From: Nitrospinales bacterium
Lineage (GTDB): Bacteria > Nitrospinota > Nitrospinia > Nitrospinales > VA-1
Direction: 5' to 3'
Length of the DNA: 64,000 bases
NCBI GenBank assembly: GCA_965205835.1
Contig: OZ242182.1
Location: 1,935,246-1,999,245, forward strand
Position 1 is the first letter of the stretch. Each line of letters opens with the position of its first letter. The notes beneath the pieces are model-generated. The model had not been told where the DNA came from and searched no databases. It saw only the letters and a program-made list of their open reading frames with translations. The position numbers were made by a program, and so were the translations under genes. This document shows, one piece after another, positions 18,175-29,193 of this stretch.

Positions 18175-19518
18175 ATGAAAATCGAAATCGAAGACGTTGA
18201 TTCCTGTAGTAAAAAGGTCAAGTTTGAAATTCCTCACCAGGAGTACGACAAAAAGCTGAAACAGTATTATCAGAAACTCGGGCAACAGGTTAAGGTTCCC
18301 GGATTCCGCAAAGGAAAAGTGCCCATCGCCCTGCTGGAAAAACAGTTTGGCCCAGATGTTAAAAAGGAAGTCCTGAGTAACCTGATTAGCGACCAACTCA
18401 ATAACGCCATTGTTGAAAAAGACCTGAGGGCGGTAGGTCAGCCCCATCTTTTGGATGTCAGTGCTGAAGAAGGAACAGATATCTCTGTTTCCGCGTCTAT
18501 CGAAGTGCTCCCCACCGTAGAACTCAAGGACTACTCCAATATTGAATTGAATATGAAAACGCCGCGCATCACGGATGACTACGTCAGTCAAACTATTGAA
18601 GTGCTACGCCAGCGTAAAGCGAAAAACGTTGATGTGGCTGACCGTCCGGCACAAGATAAGGATTTTCTCAAGATAGATTTTACCAGCAAGCTCGGCGATG
18701 AGCCCTTTGAAGGAGGGTCCGCCACAGACCAGATCATCCAGGCAGGAGGAGGGCAATTGATTGAAGGGCTGGACAAGGGCCTGATCGGCATGGAAATCGG
18801 CGAAACCCGGGACATTACTGTGCCGATTCCCGATGATTACCACAATAAGGAGATCGCCGGCAAGGACGTTGATTTCCAAGTTGTGCTGAAAAGTATTCAG
18901 GAGCAACAACTGCCGGACCTGGACGATGATTTTGCCAAAAGTGTGGAAGACAAGAATTTTTCTGGCCTGGACGACATGGAACAAAAAGTCCGCTCCGAAC
19001 TGGAAGATTTTGAACGTAAGGAAGCCCGCAAAACAATGAAGAAAAAACTGACGGAAAAAATCACCGAACAGAACCAGTTTGACATTCCAGAGGGACTGTT
19101 GAAAGAGCAGGTCAAGTTCATGGTCGAACAGGCTAGAAAAAAACAGGAGAAAGAAAGTGGGCATGATCATAGCCACCATCATGACCACGACCACGGTGTC
19201 GAGGTGACTCCTGAGTTGCTCGATCAGTATCGCGAACCGGCCACGAAAGCCTTGCAGGAAGAATTGATTCTCGACCAACTATCTCGTGATCTAGGCTCAG
19301 AAGTCAGCGAAGAAGAATTGGAACAGGAGGTTCAAAAAATGTCCCAACTGCTGGGCGGCGGTAACCCGCGACAGATAAAGCAGGAATGGGAAAAAAATGG
19401 GGTCCTGACCCGTCTCCACAGTCGCATGAAACGGGATAAAACCCTTGACGCCGCGCTCGAAAAAGTAACAATAAAAGAAGAAATAGTTGACAGAAAAGAT
19501 TTAATTGCTGATAATTGA
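18175..19518 (+). CDS. tig: trigger factor
   Basis: The ATG at 18175 (MKIEIEDVDSC...) is preferred over 18142. It has the ribosome-binding signature VPGFRKGKVP, a central PPIase-like region, and sits upstream of clpP-clpX-lon in the conserved order. Confidence 0.92.
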   Translation: MKIEIEDVDSCSKKVKFEIPHQEYDKKLKQYYQKLGQQVKVPGFRKGKVPIALLEKQFGPDVKKEVLSNLISDQLNNAIVEKDLRAVGQPHLLDVSAEEGTDISVSASIEVLPTVELKDYSNIELNMKTPRITDDYVSQTIEVLRQRKAKNVDVADRPAQDKDFLKIDFTSKLGDEPFEGGSATDQIIQAGGGQLIEGLDKGLIGMEIGETRDITVPIPDDYHNKEIAGKDVDFQVVLKSIQEQQLPDLDDDFAKSVEDKNFSGLDDMEQKVRSELEDFERKEARKTMKKKLTEKITEQNQFDIPEGLLKEQVKFMVEQARKKQEKESGHDHSHHHDHDHGVEVTPELLDQYREPATKALQEELILDQLSRDLGSEVSEEELEQEVQKMSQLLGGGNPRQIKQEWEKNGVLTRLHSRMKRDKTLDAALEKVTIKEEIVDRKDLIADN

Positions 19519-19640
19519 TACTCACCCATTCTAAAGATATCTAATTTTTTTAATGGCTTACACGCAAAAAACCCTTTCGGAATCGCGACCGGGTTCAGAA
19601 AGAAGTTTTTCCTTGCCGAATTCCTGACCCCAATAAAACA

Positions 19641-20276
19641 ATGACAGAAACTTACAACCAGTTGGTACCAATCGTGGTTGAACAAACCAGTCGGGGCGAG
19701 AGGTCTTATGACATTTATTCACGCCTTCTCAAAGACCGAATCATTTTTATAGGAAGTGCCATTGAAGATCATATGGCTAACCTGATCATCGCCCAGCTAT
19801 TGTTTCTGGAATCAGATGAGCCAGATCAGGATATCTATCTCTATATCAATAGTCCGGGCGGGCAGGTCAGCTCCGGAATGGCCATCTATGACACCATGCA
19901 ATATATCAAGCCGGATGTTCAAACCATCTGCATCGGCCAGGCAGCCAGCATGGGAGCCTTGCTCCTTACGGCTGGTGCTCCGAAAAAACGGTTTGCCCTG
20001 CCGCATGCACGTATCATGATCCACCAGCCGAGCGGCGGGTTTCAGGGGCAACACACCGATATTGAAATTCAGGCTAAAGAAATCACCAGAATCCGGACCA
20101 TCCTCGATGGCATCATGGCCAGGCACTCCGGGAAAAGTATTTCCCAAGTCAATAAGGATACCGAAAGGGACCACTATATGACGAGCGACGAGGCCAAGGC
20201 TTATGGCCTCATCGACAGCGTGATCAACGATCGGCAACAAGTCAGGAAAGACGGCAAGAGTAAAAAGAAAAGCTGA
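19641..20276 (+). CDS. clpP: ATP-dependent Clp protease proteolytic subunit
   Basis: 211-aa ORF with catalytic Ser in GQAASMGA and His in RIMIHQP. Confidence 0.95.
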   Translation: MTETYNQLVPIVVEQTSRGERSYDIYSRLLKDRIIFIGSAIEDHMANLIIAQLLFLESDEPDQDIYLYINSPGGQVSSGMAIYDTMQYIKPDVQTICIGQAASMGALLLTAGAPKKRFALPHARIMIHQPSGGFQGQHTDIEIQAKEITRIRTILDGIMARHSGKSISQVNKDTERDHYMTSDEAKAYGLIDSVINDRQQVRKDGKSKKKS

Positions 20277-20323
20277 TTAGAACCGAATAAGCTTTCTATT
20301 CCAACCCCTTTGGAGAGGGCTTT

Positions 20324-21571
20324 ATGGCAAAGAAGAGTAAGACCACCGGAAATTACCGCTGTTCTTTCTGCGGAAAAAGTCAGGAAGAAGTCAAAAAACT
20401 GATTGCCGGACCCAGCGTCTACATTTGTAACGAGTGTATTGAGCTTTGCAATGAAATCATGGTCGAAGGGTGGACCCAGGAAGAGAGCGAAGACTCCCAG
20501 CATCTTCTCAAACCTCGTGATTTATACAAGTACCTCGACCAATATATCATCGGGCAGGAGCGTTGCAAAAAAATCCTTTCGGTTGCCGTCCACAACCATT
20601 TTAAAAGAGTCGACTCCGACCTGGACATGGGCGATGTGGAACTACAAAAGAGTAATGTGCTTTTGATAGGCCCCACCGGGTCCGGGAAAACCCTCATGGC
20701 GCAGACTCTGGCGCGAATCCTCGAAGTTCCCTTCACCATTGTGGATGCGACCACCCTGACCGAAGCTGGTTATGTCGGTGAAGATGTCGAAAACATTATT
20801 TTAAAACTTCTGCAAAATGCCGACTACGATGTAGAAAAAGCCGAGCGCGGAATCATCTATATCGATGAAATCGACAAGATATCCAGGAAATCAGAAAACC
20901 CCTCAATCACCCGTGATGTTTCCGGCGAAGGGGTCCAGCAGGCACTTTTGAAAATCATTGAAGGCACAACAGCCAGCGTTCCCCCGCAGGGAGGCCGAAA
21001 GCACCCACATCAGGAATTTCTGCAGGTCAACACCACCAATATTCTTTTCATTTGTGGCGGGGCGTTTGTCGGACTGGGCTCATTGATCCGCAACCGTATT
21101 GGCAAGAAAAGCCTCGGTTTCGGGCAGGAGATCGTTTCCAAAAAAGAAATTGGCGAGGAAGATATTTTCGAAAAAACACAGCCGGAAGACCTGCTCAAAT
21201 ATGGTCTCATTCCGGAGTTTGTCGGGCGTTTTTCAGCCGTTGCTACGTTGAAGGAGTTAACTGTTGAAGCAATGATGCAAGTTTTGACCGAGCCTAAGAA
21301 CGCTCTGGTCAAACAATATAAAAAGTTATTTGAGTTTGAAGACACAAAACTCAAATTCACCGATGCCGCTATACGTGCCATCGCCGAAAAAGCAACCGAA
21401 CGCAAAACCGGGGCAAGAGGGCTCCGCGCCATTCTGGAAGAGACCATGCTGGAAATCATGTTTGACCTCCCCTCCAGGCCAGATGTGGAAGAAGTGCTCA
21501 TCAGTGACGAAGTAGTCCTCAAAGGCGAGAAACCCATGTTGGTTTACGAAAACAAAAAACAGGCAAGCTAA
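20324..21571 (+). CDS. clpX: ATP-dependent Clp protease ATP-binding subunit ClpX
   Basis: 415-aa ORF with zinc finger CSFCGK...ICNEC, Walker A GPTGSGKT and Walker [10 protein letters not shown]. Confidence 0.95.
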   Translation: MAKKSKTTGNYRCSFCGKSQEEVKKLIAGPSVYICNECIELCNEIMVEGWTQEESEDSQHLLKPRDLYKYLDQYIIGQERCKKILSVAVHNHFKRVDSDLDMGDVELQKSNVLLIGPTGSGKTLMAQTLARILEVPFTIVDATTLTEAGYVGEDVENIILKLLQNADYDVEKAERGIIYIDEIDKISRKSENPSITRDVSGEGVQQALLKIIEGTTASVPPQGGRKHPHQEFLQVNTTNILFICGGAFVGLGSLIRNRIGKKSLGFGQEIVSKKEIGEEDIFEKTQPEDLLKYGLIPEFVGRFSAVATLKELTVEAMMQVLTEPKNALVKQYKKLFEFEDTKLKFTDAAIRAIAEKATERKTGARGLRAILEETMLEIMFDLPSRPDVEEVLISDEVVLKGEKPMLVYENKKQAS

Positions 21572-21575
21572 AATC

Positions 21576-23981
21576 ATGGGTTCAGAAAAAACCGCGTTGC
21601 CGCTCCTCCCTTTACGGGATATCATTGTCTTCCCCTTCATGGTGCTTCCTCTGTTTGTAGGCAGGGAAAAATCCATTCTGGCTCTGGAGAAATCCATGGC
21701 CGAGCAAAAAAGCATCTTCCTTTCCGCCCAGCGCAATCCCAACAACAACGAACCACAACCCGCGGATATCTACGAGACGGGAACGGTGGCAAATATTCTG
21801 CAGATTCTCAAGCTGACCGATGGGACCATGAAAGTTCTGGTCGAAGGCATGCAAAGAGGGCGCATTGAAAAGTTCGTCAAAAATCCTGACTATTTTGAGG
21901 TGGAAGTCAGTCGCATCCATGAAGACGACCAACTCACAGCAAATGTCAAAGCACTGATGCGCAGTGTGGGAACGGTGTTTGAACAATACGTAAAACTGAA
22001 TCAAAAAATTCCTCTGGAAGCCGTGGCCGCCAGTTCCAATATTCTTGAGCCGCACCGCTATGCCGATACCATTGCCGCCTATATGGTTTTTCAAACCCAG
22101 GAAAAACAAGAGTTGCTCGAAACTCTGAATCCGTCAGACCGGTTGAACAAGCTTCTCGGCATTCTCAAATCGGAGATGGAAGTCCTTAAAATTGAAAAAC
22201 GTGTTCATGGCAGAGTGCGAAAACAAATGGAACGCAGTCAGAAGGAGTTTTATCTCAACGAGCAGATCAAAGCTATCCAGAAAGAGCTGGGCAAACGCGA
22301 TGAGTTCAAAACCGATATAGATGAACTCAAGCAGAAAATCAAGAAAGCCAAAATGCCCAAGGATACCCATGAAAAAGCTGCCAAAGAATTAAAACGGCTG
22401 GAGCTCATGCAACCCATGTCCGCGGAAGCCACAGTTGCCAGAACTTATATCGAGTGGCTCACCGATCTGCCCTGGAAAAAAGGCACCAAAGCTGAAAAAA
22501 TTAAAATCCCCGAAGCCCAAGAAATTCTCGACAGAGACCATTACGGGCTGGAAAAAGTCAAAGAACGCATCACCGAACACCTTGCGGTGATGAAACTGGT
22601 CAAAAAAATTAGAGGCCCCATCCTCTGCCTGGTCGGTCCACCAGGTGTTGGAAAAACTTCTTTGGGGCAATCCATCGGCAAAGCTCTGGGCCGGAAATTT
22701 GTCCGCGTCTCCCTGGGCGGGATACGGGATGAAGCAGAAATTCGCGGGCACCGCAGGACTTATATTGGCGCACTGCCGGGGAAAATTATTCAAGGCATCA
22801 AAAAAGCCGGTGTCCATAACCCTGTTTTCATGCTCGATGAGGTCGACAAAATGAACGCCGATTTCAGAGGCGACCCCTCCTCCGCTTTGCTGGAGGTTCT
22901 CGACCCTGAACAAAACTCTAATTTCAACGACCATTATCTGGAAGTCGATTACGATCTTTCCAATGTCCTTTTTATCTGTACCGCCAATGTCCTGCACTCC
23001 ATTCCACAACCATTGCTGGATCGGATGGAAGTGCTCCGTTTGCCCGGTTATACCGATCAGGAAAAAATGGGCATCGCTAAAAATTTTCTCTTACCTAAAA
23101 AAATACCCGAACACGGCCTGACCAAAAAGAATATAGAAATTTCTGACAAAGCGATCAACAGGATCATCCACGACTTCACCCGCGAAGCAGGAGTGCGAAA
23201 CCTGGAACGGGAAATCGCCACACTCTGTAGAAAAGTAGTTAAAACCGTCGTGGAAAAAGGTAAGAAAACCAGCGTCAAAATCACCCAGGCTGTCTTGGAA
23301 AAGTATCTCGGCATCCCCAAATTCAAGAAAGCTGAATTCGAAGGCCCACTGGAAATAGGCAGTGCCACCGGCCTCGCATGGACAGAGTTTGGCGGCGAAA
23401 CCCTCACCATAGAAGTCACGGTGCTTCCCGGTACCGGCAAACTTGTGCCCACCGGGCAGCTCGGGAATGTGATGAAAGAATCGGCGCAGGCGGCCATGAC
23501 CTACGTGCGCTCACGCGCTGGGGATTTAGGACTGACCAAAAACTTCTACCAGAAAAACGATTTCCACATTCATATTCCGGAAGGTGCCGTTCCTAAAGAC
23601 GGCCCCTCAGCCGGAATCACCATGGCCGTAGCCCTGGTCTCGGCACTGACTAAAACTCCCCTGCGTCCAGGCCTTGCCATGACCGGAGAACTGACCCTGA
23701 CCGGGAAAGTCCTGCCCATCGGTGGGCTCAAAGAAAAAGTTCTAGCGGCCCACAGGTTCCGCGTCACCCATCTCATTATCCCTATGGAAAACGAAAAAGA
23801 TATTCCCGATATCCCCGAAAATGTCCGGAAGGGGTTACAGTTTTATCCCTCCGCCACCATGGATGACGTGATCAAACACTCGTTCGACAAAAAAATCAAG
23901 CTCAAGAAAAAACCCGCCCCGAAAAAAACCAAAACCGTTCCAAAAACGTCCAGCAAACAGTCCGGCCTCCGCCTCAACTGA
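21576..23981 (+). CDS. lon: endopeptidase La (Lon protease)
   Basis: 801-aa ORF with Walker [10 protein letters not shown] and catalytic Ser in [12 protein letters not shown]. Confidence 0.95.
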   Translation: MGSEKTALPLLPLRDIIVFPFMVLPLFVGREKSILALEKSMAEQKSIFLSAQRNPNNNEPQPADIYETGTVANILQILKLTDGTMKVLVEGMQRGRIEKFVKNPDYFEVEVSRIHEDDQLTANVKALMRSVGTVFEQYVKLNQKIPLEAVAASSNILEPHRYADTIAAYMVFQTQEKQELLETLNPSDRLNKLLGILKSEMEVLKIEKRVHGRVRKQMERSQKEFYLNEQIKAIQKELGKRDEFKTDIDELKQKIKKAKMPKDTHEKAAKELKRLELMQPMSAEATVARTYIEWLTDLPWKKGTKAEKIKIPEAQEILDRDHYGLEKVKERITEHLAVMKLVKKIRGPILCLVGPPGVGKTSLGQSIGKALGRKFVRVSLGGIRDEAEIRGHRRTYIGALPGKIIQGIKKAGVHNPVFMLDEVDKMNADFRGDPSSALLEVLDPEQNSNFNDHYLEVDYDLSNVLFICTANVLHSIPQPLLDRMEVLRLPGYTDQEKMGIAKNFLLPKKIPEHGLTKKNIEISDKAINRIIHDFTREAGVRNLEREIATLCRKVVKTVVEKGKKTSVKITQAVLEKYLGIPKFKKAEFEGPLEIGSATGLAWTEFGGETLTIEVTVLPGTGKLVPTGQLGNVMKESAQAAMTYVRSRAGDLGLTKNFYQKNDFHIHIPEGAVPKDGPSAGITMAVALVSALTKTPLRPGLAMTGELTLTGKVLPIGGLKEKVLAAHRFRVTHLIIPMENEKDIPDIPENVRKGLQFYPSATMDDVIKHSFDKKIKLKKKPAPKKTKTVPKTSSKQSGLRLN

Positions 23982-24004
23982 CCCACACGACGCTGGGCCC
24001 AGTG

Positions 24005-24445
24005 AAAAAACCTCCCCCCTGATAAGGAGACCTTTGAATAACCCATGAATACCCCTGGGGCACGAAGGCTAAGGAGAAATATCACGTCTTCGTCGCCTTC
24101 GGATCCTCAAGGATGACAAACCAGCGGTTCCTGTTATCCTGGGCAATCGTTTCTTGTCATTCTGAGCGATAGCGAAGAATCTCGCTCCGGCGGTTCCTGT
24201 TATTTGCATAACCCATGATTACCCCTTCGGGGCACGAAGGCTTAAGGAGAAATATCACGTCTTCGTCGCCTTCGGATCCTCAAGGATGACAAATCAGCGT
24301 TTCCTATCATTCCAAGCAATTGAGAATGACAAACAAGCGTTTCTTGTCATTCCAAGCAATCGTCTCTTGTCATTCTGAGCGATAGCGAAGAATCTCGCTT
24401 TTCTGTTTTTTTCGACTTACGCAAAGCTCTCCCTGATAAGAAGAG
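24005..24445 (+). repeat. composite dispersed intergenic repeat array (copy B)
   Basis: Two ~83-nt units (24038-24120 and 24208-24293) and two CTTGTCATTCTGAGCGATAGCGAAGAATCTCGC units (24153-24185 and 24366-24398). About 75 nt at 24353-24427 are near identical to 27776-27850. Confidence 0.85.
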
Positions 24446-24746
24446 GGACTTTTAGCCGCCATTGCGAACCGTTGAAGGCAACGCGACAATCCAGGCAGGT
24501 GTAGCGAGAGTGGGTTGGCTCTTTCTACCAATTATTTAAAGAGCACCGCAAAAGCTTCTTTTCCATGTTGAGTTCTAATTATCGTGGAGCTATTTGATCT
24601 TTTTAATACTAACGTAGAATACTTTGATGGCTCCGCAGGTAACGAGCAACTGACAGATTAAATACTGTTGAGGATGATTTAACTTTTTTGATGATTCATC
24701 TCAAAATAAAGGCTATTGGAATTTTTAATAAAGCCTCTACCACCCG

Positions 24747-27527
24747 TTAGAAGCGGTGCGTCAATCTGGCAAAATAGTAACCACCATTGAATCCGAAGGG
24801 AGCGGAACGCCGGGAAAATTCGAATACCCCACTGGAGCTGACAATCGTGTTGCCGTTCCCATCGATGATGGTGCCATTCCTGGATTGTCCGATTCGGTTT
24901 TTCTCAGGAACAACGTCAAACAGGTTGTTTGCGCCCAGACTGAGGATGATATTACGAGGAAAGTTGTACTGTAACAACAGATCGGTCAGCACTTTCGCGC
25001 CATAGGTCTGGCTTTTACCGCCGTCAAGCACCGTGTATTCACCAAAACGGTTGAGTGCTAAAGTCGCGCTAAAATCGCCCAAAGCATAATCGACTGATAG
25101 ATTGATACGGGATTTGGGTTGCCATGACTCAATAATAGAGCGGTCCTGGGCACTGAACACCGTGTCAAGCGCAACGCCTTGGAGACTACCAGGAAAAAAT
25201 ACCCCGGTGATTTCGGTATCGGTATAATTGGCACCCAGTGAAAGCTCAAGTTGCCCCTTCGGAGGGTGTATCTTCCATGTCGCGGCAATATCAATCCCGT
25301 TGGTTTCCGTATCAGAGGCATTGAGGAAAAACTGTGCGCTCTGAGCACCATTGGCCGTAAGCGTGGCATCCAATGCCGCGTTCGCACCGGTCGTAAGGCG
25401 TCCGCTGAGGACGATACGGTCACTGATAGTGATGCGGTAATAATCAGCCGTCAGGGTAAAGTTTTTAAAGGGATGAAAAACTACGCCAACCCCGAGGTTA
25501 TACGATGTTTCTTCCTTCAGTTCGGGAATCCCGATGGCCTTGGCCAGAGCCGAGTCATTGCGGAAGGTTTCGACCTCCATGAGAGTTCCATTGTCGCTGA
25601 ACTGGGTGCTGACATTGTTGAAGAACTGTTGTTGCATAGAAGGGGCGCGAAACCCGCTGCCACCAGAAGCTCGAAGTATCAGCCGGTCGGTGAACGCGTA
25701 GCGGGTGGCCAGTTTAAAATTAATGATGCCGCCAAAATCGCTGTAGTGATCGAAACGCAACGCGCTGTTTACCTGCCAGTCGGAGTTAACGTCATATCCG
25801 ACATCAGCGTAAAGAGAGGCGATATTGCGTGATTCATCCACTTCGTTGTTGGGTTGAAATCCGGGGAATACCTGGATGCCAGGAACAGCGTTATCGTCAC
25901 TGATATCGAAGTCGGCGAAGGAGACCTCATTTCCAGCCTTTATGGTATAAGTATCACGTCGGTATTCGGCACCACTGGTGAGCGTGAGGTCACCAAGGCG
26001 TTTGACCAGGTCAATGTTGACGGTGGTCAGCCCAATGCCCAGTTCACCAGCGTCGGCAGAGGTTGGCAGGCCAGCGCGTATATCGTCCGAAGTGAGGATG
26101 CCGTCAGTTACCGCTTTCTGCACCTGCGAGGCATTTACGGAGTCGCTCACATTAAAGGCGAAATCATTGAAACCGTGGGTGATAGAAAAATCGGCATCAA
26201 TCCCCCAGTTAAGCTTACGGCGAAACCCCGCGTTGATGGAAAAATCTTCGATATCCGTGTTGATCAACGGCAAAAAACCATCGGGGAAGAATGCTTCTCC
26301 ATCATCAAGGACCGGATTGCGATTTGTCTGGTTGGCTCTGCGAAAGAACCCGGCAGACGTATTTTCACGGCTCGACCGGGTTAAAAAACCATAAAGCTCC
26401 CCGCCACCCAGCTCAAGATCAGCGTTCAACACGCCGGAAAACTGTTCAGACTCCGCATCGCCGATGCGGAAGTTCTTCCGATTAAAATTGATTTCCCGCT
26501 GATCTGTGGTCTGATGGATTGCTCCATTTGAGTTAGTTCCCGCAGACGTACAAGTGTAGTACTGGCATTCGCCGGTCAAACCAGCACGATTAGTGCTTTT
26601 CCGGTTGCGGTATTCCAAGCTGGCGTGGATAAAACCTTTCCCACCATTAAGCTGGAACCCTTGGCCTGCATTTAACAAGATATTTTCACCATCACCTTCC
26701 AAATATTGACCGTAGGAACCGTTGGCAAAACCTTCTTGCGCGCTGTCCTTCAACACAATATTAATCACACCAGCTATAGCATCCGATCCGTACTGGGCAG
26801 CAGCACCATCGTGCAAAATCTCGACACGCTTAATGGCCGACGCAGGAACGGCGTTCATGTCGACCCCTGCCGTACCACGCCCGACCGATGTATTGGAGTG
26901 TATCAGGGCACTGTTGTGACGGCGTTTACCATTGATAAGGACCAATACCTGATCGGGGCTCAAGCCCCGCAACGTTGCGGGGCGCAGGGCATCGGTCCCA
27001 TCACTTATACTGGAACTGGAAAAATTAAAGGAGGGTATCAGGCGTTGTAACATCCGGCCCAATTCGGTCTGACCCGTATCGCGCATATCTTCGGCAGTAA
27101 CAATGTCAACAGGAACCAACCGGTCAAGAGCACTGCGCGCAGGGGCACGGCTGCCTACTACATAAACACTTTCTGACTCGACAGGACGCGAGACTTCTGT
27201 TTCATCGTTGACATTAATGATGGATCCTGAAAAATTAAAGATAGGCAATAAGGGTTGCGAAATACGGCCTTCCTCAATCTGACCATTATCGTCGTGTACC
27301 TTTTCGGTGCTGACACCATGGATAGGAGTCAGCAGGTCAAGAACGCTACGCACAGGACTGTTGTCATTTACTCCAACAGTATTCTCATCGAGACTGTAAT
27401 TCGATTCCGCAACCGCCTCATCCACAAAACCGACTACGACCATCAGACTCAAAGAAACGACCATCCCGATAATCAGAGATTCTCTACTTTTTTTGAGACA
27501 AAAGCTTTGAAGCACGGCTACCCCCAT
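24747..27527 (-). CDS. TonB-dependent receptor
   Basis: 926-aa ORF with a hydrophobic signal-like N-terminus (...VVVGFVDEAVA), a plug region (TLRGLSPDQVLVLINGKR), a long beta-barrel region and a C-terminal ...YYFARLTHRF ending in Phe. Confidence 0.9.
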   Translation of the reverse strand: MGVAVLQSFCLKKSRESLIIGMVVSLSLMVVVGFVDEAVAESNYSLDENTVGVNDNSPVRSVLDLLTPIHGVSTEKVHDDNGQIEEGRISQPLLPIFNFSGSIINVNDETEVSRPVESESVYVVGSRAPARSALDRLVPVDIVTAEDMRDTGQTELGRMLQRLIPSFNFSSSSISDGTDALRPATLRGLSPDQVLVLINGKRRHNSALIHSNTSVGRGTAGVDMNAVPASAIKRVEILHDGAAAQYGSDAIAGVINIVLKDSAQEGFANGSYGQYLEGDGENILLNAGQGFQLNGGKGFIHASLEYRNRKSTNRAGLTGECQYYTCTSAGTNSNGAIHQTTDQREINFNRKNFRIGDAESEQFSGVLNADLELGGGELYGFLTRSSRENTSAGFFRRANQTNRNPVLDDGEAFFPDGFLPLINTDIEDFSINAGFRRKLNWGIDADFSITHGFNDFAFNVSDSVNASQVQKAVTDGILTSDDIRAGLPTSADAGELGIGLTTVNIDLVKRLGDLTLTSGAEYRRDTYTIKAGNEVSFADFDISDDNAVPGIQVFPGFQPNNEVDESRNIASLYADVGYDVNSDWQVNSALRFDHYSDFGGIINFKLATRYAFTDRLILRASGGSGFRAPSMQQQFFNNVSTQFSDNGTLMEVETFRNDSALAKAIGIPELKEETSYNLGVGVVFHPFKNFTLTADYYRITISDRIVLSGRLTTGANAALDATLTANGAQSAQFFLNASDTETNGIDIAATWKIHPPKGQLELSLGANYTDTEITGVFFPGSLQGVALDTVFSAQDRSIIESWQPKSRINLSVDYALGDFSATLALNRFGEYTVLDGGKSQTYGAKVLTDLLLQYNFPRNIILSLGANNLFDVVPEKNRIGQSRNGTIIDGNGNTIVSSSGVFEFSRRSAPFGFNGGYYFARLTHRF

Positions 27528-27610
27528 AATATTGTAAATAACAGTTGCACCCTACGAAGGCACAACCCGCGTAACAAGCAAACTGACTCAGAAGCTACTT
27601 CAACCTCAAA

Positions 27611-28095
27611 GTGAAAAAAGCCTCCTCCTTGATAAGGAGACCTTTGGATAACCCATGATTACCCCTTCGGGGCACGAAGGCTAAGGAAAAATATCACGTC
27701 TTCGTCGCGAATGCTCCTCAGAATGACAAACATCGCCTCCGGCTCCTCCAGAAACAAACCAGCGGTTCCTGTCATTCCAAGCAATCGTTTCCTGTCATTC
27801 TGAGCGATAGCGAAGAATCTCGCTTTTCTGTTTTTTCAACTTACGCAAAGGTCAAATATACTAGCTCAGCATGACAACCCCTCCCAGCCTCCCCTTGTCA
27901 GGGAGAGCTTTGTATAACCCGAGATTACCCCTTCGGGGCACGAAGGCTAAGGAAAAATATCACGTCTTCGTCGCCTCCGGCTCCTCAAGGATGACAAAAT
28001 GGCCCAGTATTGTCATGCTAAGCTTGTCGAAGCATCTCGATTCTTCGATTTTTCGACTTAAGCAAAGGTCTCCTTGTCAGGGGAGTAGCATTTAC
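27611..28095 (+). repeat. composite dispersed intergenic repeat array (copy C)
   Basis: ~83-nt units at 27648-27730 and 27914-27998, and CCTGTCATTCTGAGCGATAGCGAAGAATCTCGC at 27791-27823. Same orientation and unit order as copy B. Confidence 0.85.
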
Positions 28096-28115
28096 ACCAG
28101 CCCCGCGCCGAGTGG

Positions 28116-28961
28116 TTACATTTCGCCTTTGATATCCTCGAAGGGGAGCACGTTTTCGTCCTGAAGGGCGAGCATCAATCGAGGATCCGTGCTGAAACTT
28201 TCGTTGATAACACTTAGGAGGGTAGCCCCTTCCGTGAGAAACGTTTGCAGGGTGTCGCCATCACTTACTTTTCGTTGCGAAAACTCACCGTAAAAATTGA
28301 CAAGTGGTTTGGCTTGGGCAATGGACTTGCCGATTTCGGAATAGGGGACTTTGCGGTTCTTGCTTTCAATGGCAAACTTGGCGAACTCCACCCATTTATC
28401 GACATCTCCCATGACCTCGCCTAATCCAATAAAATAGTTTCTATAGCCCTCTTCGCCCATCTTTTTGAACCTTTGCACCGTCTGCATGCCCCATGCGCTT
28501 AAACGGATTTCCTCGGCGTTCCCACAAATATGCTGGAGGGAAAACACCAACCGGTTGGTCTGGCTATCTAGCTGCATGCCATAATTGGAATAAGGTTTGG
28601 ATTTGGCATTTCTTTCGTAAGCGTGCCAGACCCCACCACGTTTTTGCACTTCGGTGCGTTGTTTATCGAGAGCATCGGCCTGTTCTAAACATTCCTTTCG
28701 CGAGTTGGCAGGAAGGGTTGCCGGTTTTTTCAGTTTGGCCGCCAGGGCAGGATCGACAGGAACTTCAGTGCTCTTTTTGCCAGCGTTGGAAAACAAATCA
28801 TCTGTGGTTTTACGCACTGTTTCCTTGCGCACCCAGGTATTTTCCTTCATTGGCATCTGGAAATTGGACTTTTCGACCACATCTTCATCATCCATCCCGC
28901 TACCACAGCCTGAAAGCAGGGACCCCGTCAACATAAAAACTACCCACCACTTGTATTGCAC
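28116..28961 (-). CDS. putative lipoprotein, unknown function
   Basis: 281-aa ORF whose N-terminus MQYKWWVVFMLTGSLLSGCGSG contains a lipobox (LSGC). Confidence 0.65.
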   Translation of the reverse strand: MQYKWWVVFMLTGSLLSGCGSGMDDEDVVEKSNFQMPMKENTWVRKETVRKTTDDLFSNAGKKSTEVPVDPALAAKLKKPATLPANSRKECLEQADALDKQRTEVQKRGGVWHAYERNAKSKPYSNYGMQLDSQTNRLVFSLQHICGNAEEIRLSAWGMQTVQRFKKMGEEGYRNYFIGLGEVMGDVDKWVEFAKFAIESKNRKVPYSEIGKSIAQAKPLVNFYGEFSQRKVSDGDTLQTFLTEGATLLSVINESFSTDPRLMLALQDENVLPFEDIKGEM

Positions 28962-29193
28962 CTTCCCGCACCTCGAATTTTATGGAGTTTTAATAAAGCC
29001 GCAATTGTACACTAACTCGCCTTTGCTTGCAGTGAATTAAGGCGATGTAGCCACCGCTGGCAAAGTACATACGGCCCGTCACCCTCATCCCCCGACCCCT
29101 GTGGTATTTAACATCGGCACTCATGCCCCATTAAAATTGACCAATGTTTGCCCCCGATGATATCTTGGTCAGTGATCGATAAGGTTTATAAAT

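Noticed and set aside
24005-28095. Possible CRISPR arrays in the repeat-dense intergenic regions at 24.0-24.4 and 27.6-28.1 kb
   Set aside because: The repeat units are 33-83 nt long, of several different kinds, irregularly spaced (for example 170 and 213 nt apart) and degenerate. They are not 25-40-nt identical repeats with uniform unique spacers, and there are no cas genes nearby.
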